From an uncultured Acidobacteriota bacterium (GTDB taxonomy: Bacteria; Acidobacteriota; Polarisedimenticolia; J045), in contig CAWDCL010000005.1 of assembly GCA_963800865.1 (NCBI GenBank), positions 516,477-580,476 of the forward strand: DNA of 64,000 nt, in the 5' to 3' direction. The translations under genes were made by a program, and so were the position numbers. The notes below the pieces were generated by a model that saw nothing but the letters and a program-made list of their open reading frames with translations, had not been told where the DNA came from and did no database searches. Shown here one piece after another: positions 47,649 through 62,075 of the stretch. How positions within the stretch are numbered: position 1 is the first letter of the stretch; each line of letters starts with the position of its first letter.

Positions 47649-48467
47649 ATGGACACCTCGCTCATCCAGCTCGACGCCGACCACCCCGGGTTCAACGACG
47701 CCGTCTACCGCGCGCGCCGCGACGAGATCGCGCGCCTTGCGATGAACCACAAGGAGGGCGATCCGCCGCCGCGCGTCACCTACACGGACAGCGAGACGGC
47801 GACCTGGGGCACCGTGCTGCGGGAGCTGCGCAAGCTGTTCCCGAAGCACGCCTGCCGCGAGTTCAACGACGTCTTCGAGGAGATCGGCTACCGCGAGGAC
47901 CGGATCGCGCAGCAGGCCGACCTGCACGCCTTCCTGCGCCAGAAGACCGGCTTCTCGGTCTCGCCGGTCGCGGGGCTGGTCAGCTCGCGCGACTTCCTCG
48001 GGGCGCTGGCGCGGCGGGTCTTCCCCTGCACGCAGTACATCCGGCACCACAGCTCGCCGTACTACACGCCGGAGCCGGACATCTGCCACGAGATGCTCGG
48101 CCACATCCCGATGCTGGCCAACCGCGACTTCTCGAACCTGACGCAGAAGTTCGGCGACGCCTCGATCGGGGCGACCGACGCCGAGATCGACCAGCTCGGG
48201 CGGCTCTACTGGTACACGGTGGAATTCGGGGTGGTGCGGCAGGACGGCCAGCTGCGGGCCTACGGCGCGGGCCTCCTGTCGAGCTTCGGGGAACTGGAGA
48301 ACTCCCTGTCGGGGAAGGCCGAGATCCGCCCCTTCGACCCCGAGGTGGTGCGGCAGATCGTCTACCCGATCACGACCTACCAGCCGTTCCTGTTCGAGGT
48401 CTCCTCGATCGCCGAGGCGTTCGACCGGATGTCGGCCTTCGTGGAGCGGATGAAGGCCGAGCGCTGA
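47649..48467 (+). CDS. phhA: phenylalanine-4-hydroxylase
   Basis: 272 aa with PGFNDAVYRARRDEIA...EPDICHEMLGHIPMLANRDFS...YWYTVEFG: the iron-binding 2-His-1-carboxylate motif. Confidence 0.85.
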   Translation: MDTSLIQLDADHPGFNDAVYRARRDEIARLAMNHKEGDPPPRVTYTDSETATWGTVLRELRKLFPKHACREFNDVFEEIGYREDRIAQQADLHAFLRQKTGFSVSPVAGLVSSRDFLGALARRVFPCTQYIRHHSSPYYTPEPDICHEMLGHIPMLANRDFSNLTQKFGDASIGATDAEIDQLGRLYWYTVEFGVVRQDGQLRAYGAGLLSSFGELENSLSGKAEIRPFDPEVVRQIVYPITTYQPFLFEVSSIAEAFDRMSAFVERMKAER

Positions 48468-48609
48468 CGAGGTTCGGCGTACCCGCTCGTTAGCCGTCAA
48501 TTTCCGCAGGAGCGGCGGCCCCTCCAGCCGTCTCGCCCCGCGTCCCGGACCCGGCTAACATGCCGGTCTCACGTCTTCCCGGGGCCCGGACAGCGGGCCG
48601 GAGAGCCTC

Positions 48610-49809
48610 ATGTCGATCGCGCCCGACGCGCCGAAGAACCTCGGCATCATCGGCTGGGACCACTACGAGTTCATCGTTCACGACCTCGAGCGCAGCCAGC
48701 GCTTCTACACCCGCATGATGGACATGCCGCAGGCCGGCCGCCTGGACGAGCGCGTCGCCGCCGAGCGCGGCGAGAAAGGGCTGCTCTTCCGCGCCGGCAA
48801 GGCGACGTTCGCGTGCTTCACGCCGACCGAGCGCAACAGCCGCGCCGAGCGCTGGCTCCGGCGTCACCCGGACGGGGTCGCCGTCATGGCCCTGCGCGTC
48901 CGCGACCTCGAGCAGGCGCGGCAGCTCCTCGCCGGCCGCGGTGCGACTTTCTGCACCGGCACCCTCGAGGCGACCGACCACACCGGCGCCCCGTACCGCT
49001 GGTTCGAGATCGCGACCTCGCTCGGCGACGTGCGCTTTCGCTTCATCGAGCGCGGCGCGGGGGCGCTGCCCCCGGGCTTCCTGCCGCTTGCCGAATCCCC
49101 GTCCGAGCAGAACCGCTACGGCTTCCAGGTCATCGACCATGTCACCTCCAATTTCCTGACGATCGCCCCCCACATCGCGTGGCTGCGCGACGTGATGGGG
49201 ATGGAGGAGTACTGGCGGGTCCACTTCCACACCGCCGACGTCACGCGGCGCAAGGATTTCGGCTCCGGACTGGCCTCGATCGTGATGTGGGACCCCGAGT
49301 CCGGGATCAAGCTCGCCAACAACGAGCCGGTGACTCCCAATTACGAGGCCAGCCAGATCTACACCTTCGTCGAATCCAACCACGGCGCCGGGGTGCAGCA
49401 CATCGCCTTCCACGTGCCGCAGATCATCCCGGCGGTCGACGGCCTGCGGCGCGGCGGGATCGAGTTCCTCGAGACCCCGGCGACCTACTACGACATGCTG
49501 CCGGAGCGGCTCGTGCAGCAGAAGGTCGGGACCATGAAGGAGGAGATCGAGACGCTTCGGCGGCTCGGGATCCTCGTCGACGGCGCCGACGACCGCTACC
49601 TGCTCCAGATCTTCATGGTCGAGGGCGGCGTGCTCTACGACGACCTCCACGCCGGCCCGTTCTTCTACGAGGTGATCCAGCGCTGCGGGTCCCGGAGCTT
49701 CGGCGAGGGGAACTTCCGCGCGCTGTTCGAGGCGATCGAGCGCGACCAGGTCTCGCGCGGCGTCGTCACGTCCGCGCCGTCGCAGCTGGACGCTGGCGCC
49801 GGATCGTGA
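48610..49809 (+). CDS. hppD: 4-hydroxyphenylpyruvate dioxygenase
   Basis: Two VOC domains with HIAFHV...QIFMVEGGVLYDDLHAGPFFYEVIQR...GEGNFRALFEAIERDQ. Confidence 0.85.
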   Translation: MSIAPDAPKNLGIIGWDHYEFIVHDLERSQRFYTRMMDMPQAGRLDERVAAERGEKGLLFRAGKATFACFTPTERNSRAERWLRRHPDGVAVMALRVRDLEQARQLLAGRGATFCTGTLEATDHTGAPYRWFEIATSLGDVRFRFIERGAGALPPGFLPLAESPSEQNRYGFQVIDHVTSNFLTIAPHIAWLRDVMGMEEYWRVHFHTADVTRRKDFGSGLASIVMWDPESGIKLANNEPVTPNYEASQIYTFVESNHGAGVQHIAFHVPQIIPAVDGLRRGGIEFLETPATYYDMLPERLVQQKVGTMKEEIETLRRLGILVDGADDRYLLQIFMVEGGVLYDDLHAGPFFYEVIQRCGSRSFGEGNFRALFEAIERDQVSRGVVTSAPSQLDAGAGS

Positions 49810-49832
49810 GCGGCGTGGGGGGGCCGCCGTGC

Positions 49833-49968
49833 GGGCCGCCACGGAGGGCGGCCCCTACGGCCCCCGCCCCGAACGGTAGGGGCCGGCCTCCGTGCCGGCC
49901 CGCAGGACGCAGGGGCCGGCCTCCGTGCCGGCCCGGAAGACGCAGGGACCGGCCTTCGTGCCGGCCCG
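49833..49968. repeat. second cluster of REP-like hairpin repeats (four copies, CTCCGT/ACGGAG loop)
   Basis: GGGCCGCC-ACGGAG-GGCGGCCC-CTAC (49833-49858, reverse). GTAGGGGCCGGC-CTCCGT-GCCGGCCC at 49876-49901 and 49911-49935. A degenerate copy at 49944-49968. The cluster lies between hppD and hmgA. Confidence 0.6.
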
Positions 49969-49984
49969 CGGGAAAGGTGAACGG

Positions 49985-51151
49985 ATGATCCACCGGATGC
50001 AGCTGGGCGACGTGCCGAAGAAGCACCACATCGTCTTCAAGCCGGGCGGGAAGCTGGCCTTCGAGCACTGCTTCACGCGCCAGGGGTTCGACGGCGCCTA
50101 CACGATCATGTATCACCGCGAGCCCCCGCACTGGGTGGCGACCGAGGAGGATCTCGGCGCGCACCCGGGCCTCGCCGGCTCGGACTGGGACGGCCCGCTG
50201 CGCCGCCGGCACTTCGTGACCTCCCGGATGGCGCCGGGCGGCTCGCCATTCACGGGCCGCAGGCTGCTGCTGGAGAATGCCGACGTCGGCGTCTTCATGG
50301 TTCACGCCGACCGCGACGACGAGACCGTCGTCAGCAACGGCGACGGCGACGAACTGGTCTTCGTGCACCGCGGATCGGGACGGCTCGAGACGCCGCTGGG
50401 CGTCGTCCGCTTCGGCCCCGAGGACTACGTCTACGTTCCGCGCGCCCTGCCCTGCCGCTGGCGGCTCGACGGCCCCGCGTCGATGTTCATCACGGAGGGA
50501 CGCAGCTACATCGACCTGCCGAAGCAGTTCCGCAACGCCTACGGGCAGCTGACGATGGACGCCCCCTACTGTCACCGCGATTTCCGGGGTCCCGAGTGGC
50601 CCGCCGGCGGCCCGGAGTCGCTGGGCGCCCCGGCGCGCCTGATCGCGCAGCGGTACGGCCGGCTGACCGCCTTCACGCTCGGCTCCGACCCCTTCAACGT
50701 GGTCGGCTGGGACGGCAGCATGTGGCCGTTCGCGTTCAACATCCGCAACTACCAGCCGCGGACCGGCCTGGTGCACCTCCCGCCGACGATCCACCTGACC
50801 TTCGCCGGGGGCGGCTTCATCGTCTGCTCGTTCGTGCCGCGCAAGACCGATTTCCACCCGCAGGCGATCCCGTGCCCCTACCCGCACTCGTCGGTTCACT
50901 GCGACGAGGTGATCTACTACGTGGAGGGGAACTTCACGAGCCGCAAGGGGATCGAGCCGGGCTCGGTCTCGCTCCACCCGATGGGCATGCCGCACGGGCC
51001 GCACCCCGGCACCTACGAGGCCTCGATCGGCACGACCGAGACCAGCGAGCTGGCGGTCATGCTCGACACGTTCAAGGCCCTGCTGCCGACCGGCAACGCG
51101 CGCGGCATCGAGGACAAGGGCTACAACCTCAGCTGGGCGCCCCACCTGTGA
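49985..51151 (+). CDS. hmgA: homogentisate 1,2-dioxygenase
   Basis: MIHRMQLGDVPKKHHIVFKP... 388 aa cupin-fold HGO (..HPMGMPHGPHPGTYE..). Internal ATG of ORF 49892..51151, preceded by AAAGGTGA. Confidence 0.85.
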   Translation: MIHRMQLGDVPKKHHIVFKPGGKLAFEHCFTRQGFDGAYTIMYHREPPHWVATEEDLGAHPGLAGSDWDGPLRRRHFVTSRMAPGGSPFTGRRLLLENADVGVFMVHADRDDETVVSNGDGDELVFVHRGSGRLETPLGVVRFGPEDYVYVPRALPCRWRLDGPASMFITEGRSYIDLPKQFRNAYGQLTMDAPYCHRDFRGPEWPAGGPESLGAPARLIAQRYGRLTAFTLGSDPFNVVGWDGSMWPFAFNIRNYQPRTGLVHLPPTIHLTFAGGGFIVCSFVPRKTDFHPQAIPCPYPHSSVHCDEVIYYVEGNFTSRKGIEPGSVSLHPMGMPHGPHPGTYEASIGTTETSELAVMLDTFKALLPTGNARGIEDKGYNLSWAPHL

Positions 51152-53091
51152 CCCGCTCGAACCACGTCTGGGAGCCGCGGCTCGACGACCTGTCGCACTC
51201 GCACGTGGCGCGCCTCATGGACCGCCACGGGATCGGGACGCCCGGCGAGTTGCGGCGGCGCGCGGCGGCCGACCCGGACTGGTTCTACCCGGCGATCCTC
51301 GAGGACCTCGGGGTCGAGTGGTACAGGCCCTACCGCACGCTGAAGGACGGGTCCCGCGGGCTGCCGTGGACCGACTGGTTCGTGGGCGGGCAGCTCAACC
51401 TGGTGCACAACTGCCTCGACCGGCACGTTTCCGCGGGTCACGGCGACGAGCCGGCCGTCGTGGCCGAGAGCGACGACGGGACCGTCACCCGGCTCAGCTA
51501 CCGGGAGCTGCACGAACGGGTCCAGCGCTTCGCCGGCGCGCTGGTGCGGCTGGGTGTCGAGGTCGACGACGCCGTCGGCCTCTACCTCCCGATGTGCGCG
51601 GACGCGGTCGTCGCGCTCCTGGCCTGCCTCCGGATCGGCGCGGTGGCGGTGCCGGTCTTCTCCGGCTTCGGTCCCGAGGCGCTGGCGGCGCGGCTGGCCG
51701 ACGCGAAGGTCAAGCTCCTGATCACCGCCGACGGCACGCGCCGGCGGGGGCGGCCGGTACCGCTCAAGCCGGCCGCCGACCACGCCGCCGGCCTCTCGGG
51801 GACGGTGCGGCACGTCGTCGTGCTGCGCCGGACCGGCGCACGGAACCCCTGCGACAAGGACCACGACGTCTCGTGGGAGGAGATCGAGGCCGCGGCCCCG
51901 CCGTCGCAACCGACCGTTCCGCTGGACGCCGCCGCACGCGCGCTGGTCCTTCACACGCCGGGTACCACCGGACCGTCCAAGGGCGCGATCCACACCCATG
52001 CCGGGGTGCAGATCGTCACGGCCAAGGAAGCCGGCTACCACCTCGACCTGCGCCCCGGCGAGACGATGTTCTGGCCGACCGACATCGGCTGGATGATGGG
52101 GCCCTGGGAGATCCTCGGCGTCCTGTTCCATCGCGGCACCGTCCTGCTGCTCGACGGGACGCTCGACTACCCGGGATTCGACCGCCTGTTCCGGATCGTG
52201 GAGCGTCACCGCGTGACGCACCTCGGGGTCACGCCGACCCGCGCGCGCCAGCTGGCCACCAACCAGGGCGCAATCGGGCGCGGCCACGACCTGTCCTCGG
52301 TGCGGGTGCTCGGCTCGACGGGCGAGCCCTGGGACGAAGCCAGCTATCTCTGGGCGTTCCACAACCTCGGGCGCGGCCGGTGTCCGATCATCAACATCTC
52401 GGGCGGCACCGAGCTGATGGGATGCCTGCTCGCGCCGCTGGTCGTCGCTCCGCTGACGCCGACCACGTTGCAGGGCCCGGCGCTGGGGATGGACGTCGAC
52501 GTCGTGGACGACGCCGGGAAGCCGGTGCGCGGCTCGGTCGGCTATCTCGTCTGCCGCAGCGCCGCGCCCAACATGACCCGCGGCTTCCTCGGCGACCCGC
52601 AGCGCTATCTCGACACCTACTTCGCCCGGTTCGGCGAGCAGCTCTGGTTCCACGGCGACTGGGCCCGCGTCGACAGCGCCGGCTTCTGGTATCTCTCCGG
52701 CCGCACCGATGACACGCTCAAGATCGCCGGACGCCGGATCGGCCCGGGTGAGGTCGAGTCTGCGGCCATGTCGCACCCGGCCGTGCGCGAGGCGGCGGCG
52801 ATCGGGATCGACGATCCGATGGAAGGGACGCGGCTCGTGCTCGTGCTCGTTCCCCGGCCCGGGACGAGACCGTCCGACGCGCTCGGCCTCGATGTCGCGT
52901 TGCACGTCGCCGACCAGCTCGGCACCGCGATGCGCCCGGCGACAGTGCGCTGGGTCGAAGCGCTGCCGGCAACGCGGGCCGGGCGGATCCTGCGCGGCGT
53001 GGTCCGCAAGGCCTTGACGGGCGAGGATCCCGGAAGCCTCGCGCAGGTGGCCAACCCCGACGCGGTCGAAGCCCTGAAGCGGGCTCGCTAG
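51148..53091 (+). CDS. AMP-forming acetoacetyl-CoA / acetyl-CoA synthetase family ligase
   Basis: GTG overlapping the hmgA stop (GTGA). 647 aa with LHTPGTTGPSKGAIHTH (AMP-binding), WPTDIGWMMGP and ..GRTDDTLKIAGRRIGPGEVE.. motifs. Confidence 0.75.
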   Translation: MTRSNHVWEPRLDDLSHSHVARLMDRHGIGTPGELRRRAAADPDWFYPAILEDLGVEWYRPYRTLKDGSRGLPWTDWFVGGQLNLVHNCLDRHVSAGHGDEPAVVAESDDGTVTRLSYRELHERVQRFAGALVRLGVEVDDAVGLYLPMCADAVVALLACLRIGAVAVPVFSGFGPEALAARLADAKVKLLITADGTRRRGRPVPLKPAADHAAGLSGTVRHVVVLRRTGARNPCDKDHDVSWEEIEAAAPPSQPTVPLDAAARALVLHTPGTTGPSKGAIHTHAGVQIVTAKEAGYHLDLRPGETMFWPTDIGWMMGPWEILGVLFHRGTVLLLDGTLDYPGFDRLFRIVERHRVTHLGVTPTRARQLATNQGAIGRGHDLSSVRVLGSTGEPWDEASYLWAFHNLGRGRCPIINISGGTELMGCLLAPLVVAPLTPTTLQGPALGMDVDVVDDAGKPVRGSVGYLVCRSAAPNMTRGFLGDPQRYLDTYFARFGEQLWFHGDWARVDSAGFWYLSGRTDDTLKIAGRRIGPGEVESAAMSHPAVREAAAIGIDDPMEGTRLVLVLVPRPGTRPSDALGLDVALHVADQLGTAMRPATVRWVEALPATRAGRILRGVVRKALTGEDPGSLAQVANPDAVEALKRAR

Positions 53092-53098
53092 GCAGCCT

Positions 53099-54739
53099 TC
53101 ACGACGGCGGCCGCAGGCGCAGCGGGGTCACATAACGCAGGGGCAGCCGGCGCGCCTTCAGCCAATCGAGGACCTCTTCCTGCGGCCGCGGCGAGGCGAA
53201 GATCCAGAAGCGGTCCTCGCCCACGTCGGGAACCTCGACGCAGTAGACCAGGATGCCGTCCCTGGCCCACGGCATGACCGGCTGCGGAACCTGCGGCGGC
53301 AGGAAGGGGCGCCGGAAGAAGAAGTCGTTGTAGATGTCCGCGAACATCACCCGGCGCGCGACGATGTCCTCCCAGCTCGCCCGGCGCCGGTGATAGAGCA
53401 CCTCGTTGCGATCGAACGGCCGGCCGGCGATCTCGGGGTCGTTCAGCCCCCAGACGTCGAGGTGCCACGCCCCGCTGACGTAGGGAAGCGCACCGGCCCA
53501 GCCGGTCGCGATCCGGTCGGCGGGCGAGAGATAGCGCGCCAGCGCGCGCCCCTGGCGAAGCATCTCGTCGGCCTGCGCGCACATGTTCCCGGAGGAGTCG
53601 ACGGCGCCGAAGGTGCGGAACGGGCGCACCAGCGTGGCGGCCTGCGAACCGACGAGCGCGGCCGCCAGCGCCACCGCCAGCGCCGTGCGGCGGCGCGGAG
53701 CGCGGGCGGAGAGCGCGTCGATCCCGGCGGCGGAGAGCAGGGCCAGCGCCGGGAGCAGCGGCACGAAGAAACGAAACTCCCACGCGTCCCCGCCGACCGC
53801 GACGACCCACGCCGCGAGGGCCAGCACCTGCGCCGCCAGCGCCGCCGCGAGCGGCCGGCGGCGGGCGGTGCCGATCACGCCGGCGACCGCCAGGGGAAGC
53901 CAGAGCCAGGCGTGGGTCTGGAACAGGAACTGGCCGAGATAGCGCGCCCCCTCTTCCAGTTCCAGGCCGCCGACCTTGGCGTAGAAGGTGTTCGGGAGCG
54001 GACGCCCGAAATAGGCGACGCGGAAGAGGACGAGCCCCGCCAGCAGTACGGCGTGGCTCGCGCCCGATACCGCGATCGCGCGCCACGCGGCGCGCGAGCG
54101 TCGCACCGTCGCGAGGCCCAGTCCCGCCGCGAGGTGCAACAGCGGCATCTCGGGGCGCAGCAGCGTCGCGGCGAAGAAGAGCAGACCGCTGACCCAGGGG
54201 CGGCGACCGGCCCCGTCGTTGTCGCCCACCTCGCGGGCCATCCGGATCGTCGCCGCGAGGGCGACGACCGTGGCCGCGGTGGTCTCCATCGCCGAAACGC
54301 TCCAGATCACCCACTGGCGCCCCAGCGCCAGGGACAGGGCCGCGGCGACGGCGAGCCAGGCCGGCAGACCGAGGTCCCGCTCGCCGGAGCGTGTCACCAG
54401 CCACAGACCGGCGAGAGCGGCGAGCAGCCCCGCGAGGTGCGAGACGACGAGGGGGTCGAGTCCCGAGGCGATCGCGCCGGCGTTCATCAGCATCCAGCCG
54501 GGCGAGGTGCTCCCCTCGACCCGCACCGGTTCGACCGTGTTCCAGACGATACCGTGGCCGGCCGCGACGTTGGACGCGTAGCGCAGCGTGATGAAGGTGT
54601 CGTCGTTGTACCAGCGCCTCGGCCAGGCGAGCGCCACCAGCAGGATCAGCAGGCCGGCCAGCGCGAGCATCAGATAGAGCCTGCGCCGGCCGGGCGGCGG
54701 CGCGGGGCGCGGCTGCGCGGGGAATGTCGGAGCGCTCAT
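53099..54739 (-). CDS. polytopic membrane protein, glycosyltransferase-39/ArnT-like (dolichyl-phosphate-mannose-type fold)
   Basis: 546 aa with more than 10 TM segments. The family assignment is tentative. It converges on the CoA-ligase gene with a 7-nt gap. Confidence 0.45.
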   Translation of the reverse strand: MSAPTFPAQPRPAPPPGRRRLYLMLALAGLLILLVALAWPRRWYNDDTFITLRYASNVAAGHGIVWNTVEPVRVEGSTSPGWMLMNAGAIASGLDPLVVSHLAGLLAALAGLWLVTRSGERDLGLPAWLAVAAALSLALGRQWVIWSVSAMETTAATVVALAATIRMAREVGDNDGAGRRPWVSGLLFFAATLLRPEMPLLHLAAGLGLATVRRSRAAWRAIAVSGASHAVLLAGLVLFRVAYFGRPLPNTFYAKVGGLELEEGARYLGQFLFQTHAWLWLPLAVAGVIGTARRRPLAAALAAQVLALAAWVVAVGGDAWEFRFFVPLLPALALLSAAGIDALSARAPRRRTALAVALAAALVGSQAATLVRPFRTFGAVDSSGNMCAQADEMLRQGRALARYLSPADRIATGWAGALPYVSGAWHLDVWGLNDPEIAGRPFDRNEVLYHRRRASWEDIVARRVMFADIYNDFFFRRPFLPPQVPQPVMPWARDGILVYCVEVPDVGEDRFWIFASPRPQEEVLDWLKARRLPLRYVTPLRLRPPS

Positions 54740-54779
54740 CGCGAGTCCCGGAGCGGCGGGGCAGGCGGCCGGTGCCGGG

Positions 54780-55127
54780 TCAGGACTCGGACCGGAGCCT
54801 GGACTTGTAGCCGAGCTTCTCGATCGCGGCCGAGATCGCCTCGGGCTTCACCCGGGCCGCGTCGTAGCGCACCACGGCCTTCTTCTCCGTGTGCGAGGCT
54901 TCGACCGTCTCGACGCCCTGGATCGCGCCGACGGTGGCCTGGATCGCCTGCTCACAGTGACCGCAGGTCATCCCCTCGACCTCGAATACGGAAACCTTCA
55001 CGACCGGACCCTCCGGGCTCGTGCCGGCGACGACGCCGGACCGGCCCTGGTCGCCGCACCCGGCAGCCGCGAGGAAGGCGACGATCGCGCCGGTCGCGGC
55101 GAAAGTGCGCACAAGCAAGCTGGACAT
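54780..55127 (-). CDS. heavy-metal-associated (HMA) domain lipoprotein, copper-chaperone-like
   Basis: Lipobox LAAAGCG. VKVSVFEVEGMTCGHCEQAIQATVGAIQGVETVEASHTEKKAVVRY is a CopZ-type MxCxxC fold. Confidence 0.7.
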   Translation of the reverse strand: MSSLLVRTFAATGAIVAFLAAAGCGDQGRSGVVAGTSPEGPVVKVSVFEVEGMTCGHCEQAIQATVGAIQGVETVEASHTEKKAVVRYDAARVKPEAISAAIEKLGYKSRLRSES

Positions 55128-55292
55128 GAGGCACTCCTCGGGCGCGAGGCTAGCACCGCGGATCGTCGCTGCCCACCGGATCGCTGCAAACGGTGGCTTC
55201 CGCTGCCGTCGCGCGGTATAAGCCCGGGTCCGGGTCGCCCTTCCTGCCGTTCGATACCGTCCGCGGTCCGCCCGAACCGCTCGAGGCCACGC

Positions 55293-59811
<4,519 letters not shown>

Positions 59812-59824
59812 CGAGCGGGGTATC

Positions 59825-59890
59825 GTAGGGGCCGGGCTCCGCCCCGGCCCGGGCTGCGAGCCACCAATCGGGCCGCCCCGGAGGGCGGCC
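59825..59890. repeat. third locus of the REP-like hairpin family (two copies)
   Basis: GTAGGGGCCGGG-CTCCG-CCCCGGCCC (59825-59850) and GGCCGCCC-CGGAG-GGCGGCC (59868-59890), immediately after the protease stop. Confidence 0.5.
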
Positions 59891-59901
59891 GCAACGCTTC
59901 G

Positions 59902-60462
59902 GTGAAGAAGGGAGGACCCGTGGCTCGTACACGCACTCCCGCGCTCGTCCTGGCCGTCCTGTCGACCTCGCTGCTCGCCACGGGAGGACCGCCGATGAAG
60001 ATCGCGTCGAAAGCCTTCGGCGAAGGCCAGGAGATCCCGTCCGCCTACACCTGCCAGGGGAAGGACCTCTCCCCCGCCCTCGCGTGGGAGGGAGCGCCCG
60101 CCGGGACGAAGAGCTTCGTCCTGATCGTCGACGACCCCGACGCGCCGGACCCGAAGGCGCCGAAGATGACCTGGGTCCACTGGGTGCTCTACGACATCCC
60201 GGCCACCGCGACGGGACTGCCCGAGGCGGTCGCGCCGGCGGGGCTCCCCGCGGGCACGCGCCAGGGCCTCAACGACTGGAAGCGGTCGGGATACGGCGGC
60301 CCCTGTCCACCGGTCGGCCGGCACCGCTACTTCTTCAAGCTCTATGCGCTCGACGCGACGCTGGGCAACCTCGGCGCGGCGAGCAAGGCCGACGTCGAGC
60401 AGGCGATGAAGGGGCACGTGCTCGGCGAAGCGGTGCTGATCGGGCAGTACCAGAAGCGTTGA
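59902..60462 (+). CDS. YbhB/YbcL-family phosphatidylethanolamine-binding protein (PEBP)
   Basis: Signal peptide, then FVLIVDDPDAPDP...WVHWVLYDIP...GYGGPCPP.GRHRYFFKLYALD: the PEBP signature. GTG at 59902 or 59920 (SD GGGAGGA precedes the latter). Confidence 0.75.
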   Translation: MKKGGPVARTRTPALVLAVLSTSLLATGGPPMKIASKAFGEGQEIPSAYTCQGKDLSPALAWEGAPAGTKSFVLIVDDPDAPDPKAPKMTWVHWVLYDIPATATGLPEAVAPAGLPAGTRQGLNDWKRSGYGGPCPPVGRHRYFFKLYALDATLGNLGAASKADVEQAMKGHVLGEAVLIGQYQKR

Positions 60463-60511
60463 CCACCGGGGCCGGGCTTCACGCAGCCGGCCGTTTCCGC
60501 GGAGACAGTGC

Positions 60512-61708
60512 ATGCGCGAACCCTCGATCGACCCCAGGGACCTCGAAACCTGGGCCTCCATCCTGCTCGATCACTCGCTCGGCGGGATCAAGCCCGGCGA
60601 GCGCGTGATGATCAAGGGAGAGCGGATCGGCTGGCCGCTGATGGAGGTGCTGGAGCGGCGGGTGATCGAGGCCGGCGGACTGCCGGACGTGCTGCTGGTG
60701 CCGCCCAACAACGAGCGCGGCCGCGCCTGGTCGTCGGCGATGGGGCGCGGCGGGACGCCGGAGCAGGTCGGCGCGGTCCCGGCGTGGCACCGTGCGCGCT
60801 ACGAGGCGATGGACAAGTACGTCGAGGTGCTCGGCGCAGAGGACCCCGCCCGCTACGCGGGCCTCGCCGCCCCGCAGTTCCAGGCGATCGTCGGCGCCGA
60901 CAAGCCGTACACCGACCTGCGCCTGGCGAAACCCTGGGTGATTACGCTCTACCCGACCCCCGGCTTCGCCGCGATGGAGGGGCTCGACTTCGACGAGTAC
61001 ACGCGCTTTCTCGTCGGGGCTTCGACGGTCGACCCGCGCCCGCTCAAGGCCGCCGAGGAGGCGCTGGCCCCGCTCTTCGAGCGCGCACAGGCGATCCGGA
61101 TCGTCACCGTCGACCCGCGCAGCGGCCGCGAACTGACGCTGACGATGAGCCTCGCCCCGAGCCGGCCGACGCTCTCGTACGGCCTGCGCAACTTCCCCGA
61201 TGGCGAGATCTTCACCAGCCCCGACGCGTCGTCGGTGGAAGGCGAGATCTTCGTCGACCTGCCGGTCCACTACGGCGGGCGCGACATCCGCGGGATCTTC
61301 CTGAAGTTCGTCGGCGGACGGATCGTCGAGTACTCGGCCGAGGAAGGCGCCGAGCAGCTGGCCGCGATCATCGAGACCGATGACGGCTCGCACCGGCTGG
61401 GCGAGGTCGCGCTGGGGATGAACCCGGGACTCGAGCGCGTGCTGAAGCACCCGCTGCTGGTGGAGAAGGTGGGTGGCACGCTGCACGTCGCGATCGGCGC
61501 GTCGTACGAGAACTGCTACGTCGAGGCGCCCGGATCGGACGAGGGGAAGAAGCGGATCGCCGAGCTGTTCGAGGCCGGCGCGCTCAACCGCTCGGCCCAG
61601 CACGTCGACATCGTCGCCGATTTCCGGGCGGGCGGCTGCGGGCGCCGGGTCTTCCTCGACGAACAGGAAGTCGTTCCGAGGAACGGGGTCTGGGTCGTGC
61701 GAGGGTAG
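60512..61708 (+). CDS. M29-family aminopeptidase (AmpS/PepS type)
   Basis: 398 aa, thermophilic-metalloprotease family pattern (..GGTLHVAIGASYENCY..E..HVDIV). Confidence 0.75.
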   Translation: MREPSIDPRDLETWASILLDHSLGGIKPGERVMIKGERIGWPLMEVLERRVIEAGGLPDVLLVPPNNERGRAWSSAMGRGGTPEQVGAVPAWHRARYEAMDKYVEVLGAEDPARYAGLAAPQFQAIVGADKPYTDLRLAKPWVITLYPTPGFAAMEGLDFDEYTRFLVGASTVDPRPLKAAEEALAPLFERAQAIRIVTVDPRSGRELTLTMSLAPSRPTLSYGLRNFPDGEIFTSPDASSVEGEIFVDLPVHYGGRDIRGIFLKFVGGRIVEYSAEEGAEQLAAIIETDDGSHRLGEVALGMNPGLERVLKHPLLVEKVGGTLHVAIGASYENCYVEAPGSDEGKKRIAELFEAGALNRSAQHVDIVADFRAGGCGRRVFLDEQEVVPRNGVWVVRG

Positions 61709-61733
61709 ACCCGCGGCCCGCGCCCGCCTGCGG

Positions 61734-62075
61734 CTACGGCGCGAACATCTCCTGCAGGACGGCGAGCGACCGCCCCACCGTCGCGGACGCGACGCGACCG
61801 AGCCGGCGGACGAGCCGCTCCTGGTCGACGGTGCGGAGCTGGTCGAGAACGATCGAGCCCGACTTCCCCTGGAAGCGGCACGGTACTCGGAACGGGTACG
61901 CGTAACGGCCGGTCGTCATGGGGGCGACGATGAAGGTCCGCAGGTGGGCGTTCAGCTCGTCCGGCGACACGACCAGGCAGGGGCGCATCGTCTGGATCTC
62001 GCCGCCCTGGGTGGGCTTGAGATCGACGAGGTAGACCTCGCCCCGCTTCACGCCGGGTGGAGCTACCACGTCCAT
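61734..62075 (-). CDS. mazF: MazF/PemK-family endoribonuclease toxin
   Basis: 113 aa. RGEVYLVDLKPTQGGEIQTMRPCLVVSPDELN...IVAPMTT...SIVLDQLRTVDQERL is the PemK/MazF signature. Confidence 0.75.
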   Translation of the reverse strand: MDVVAPPGVKRGEVYLVDLKPTQGGEIQTMRPCLVVSPDELNAHLRTFIVAPMTTGRYAYPFRVPCRFQGKSGSIVLDQLRTVDQERLVRRLGRVASATVGRSLAVLQEMFAP

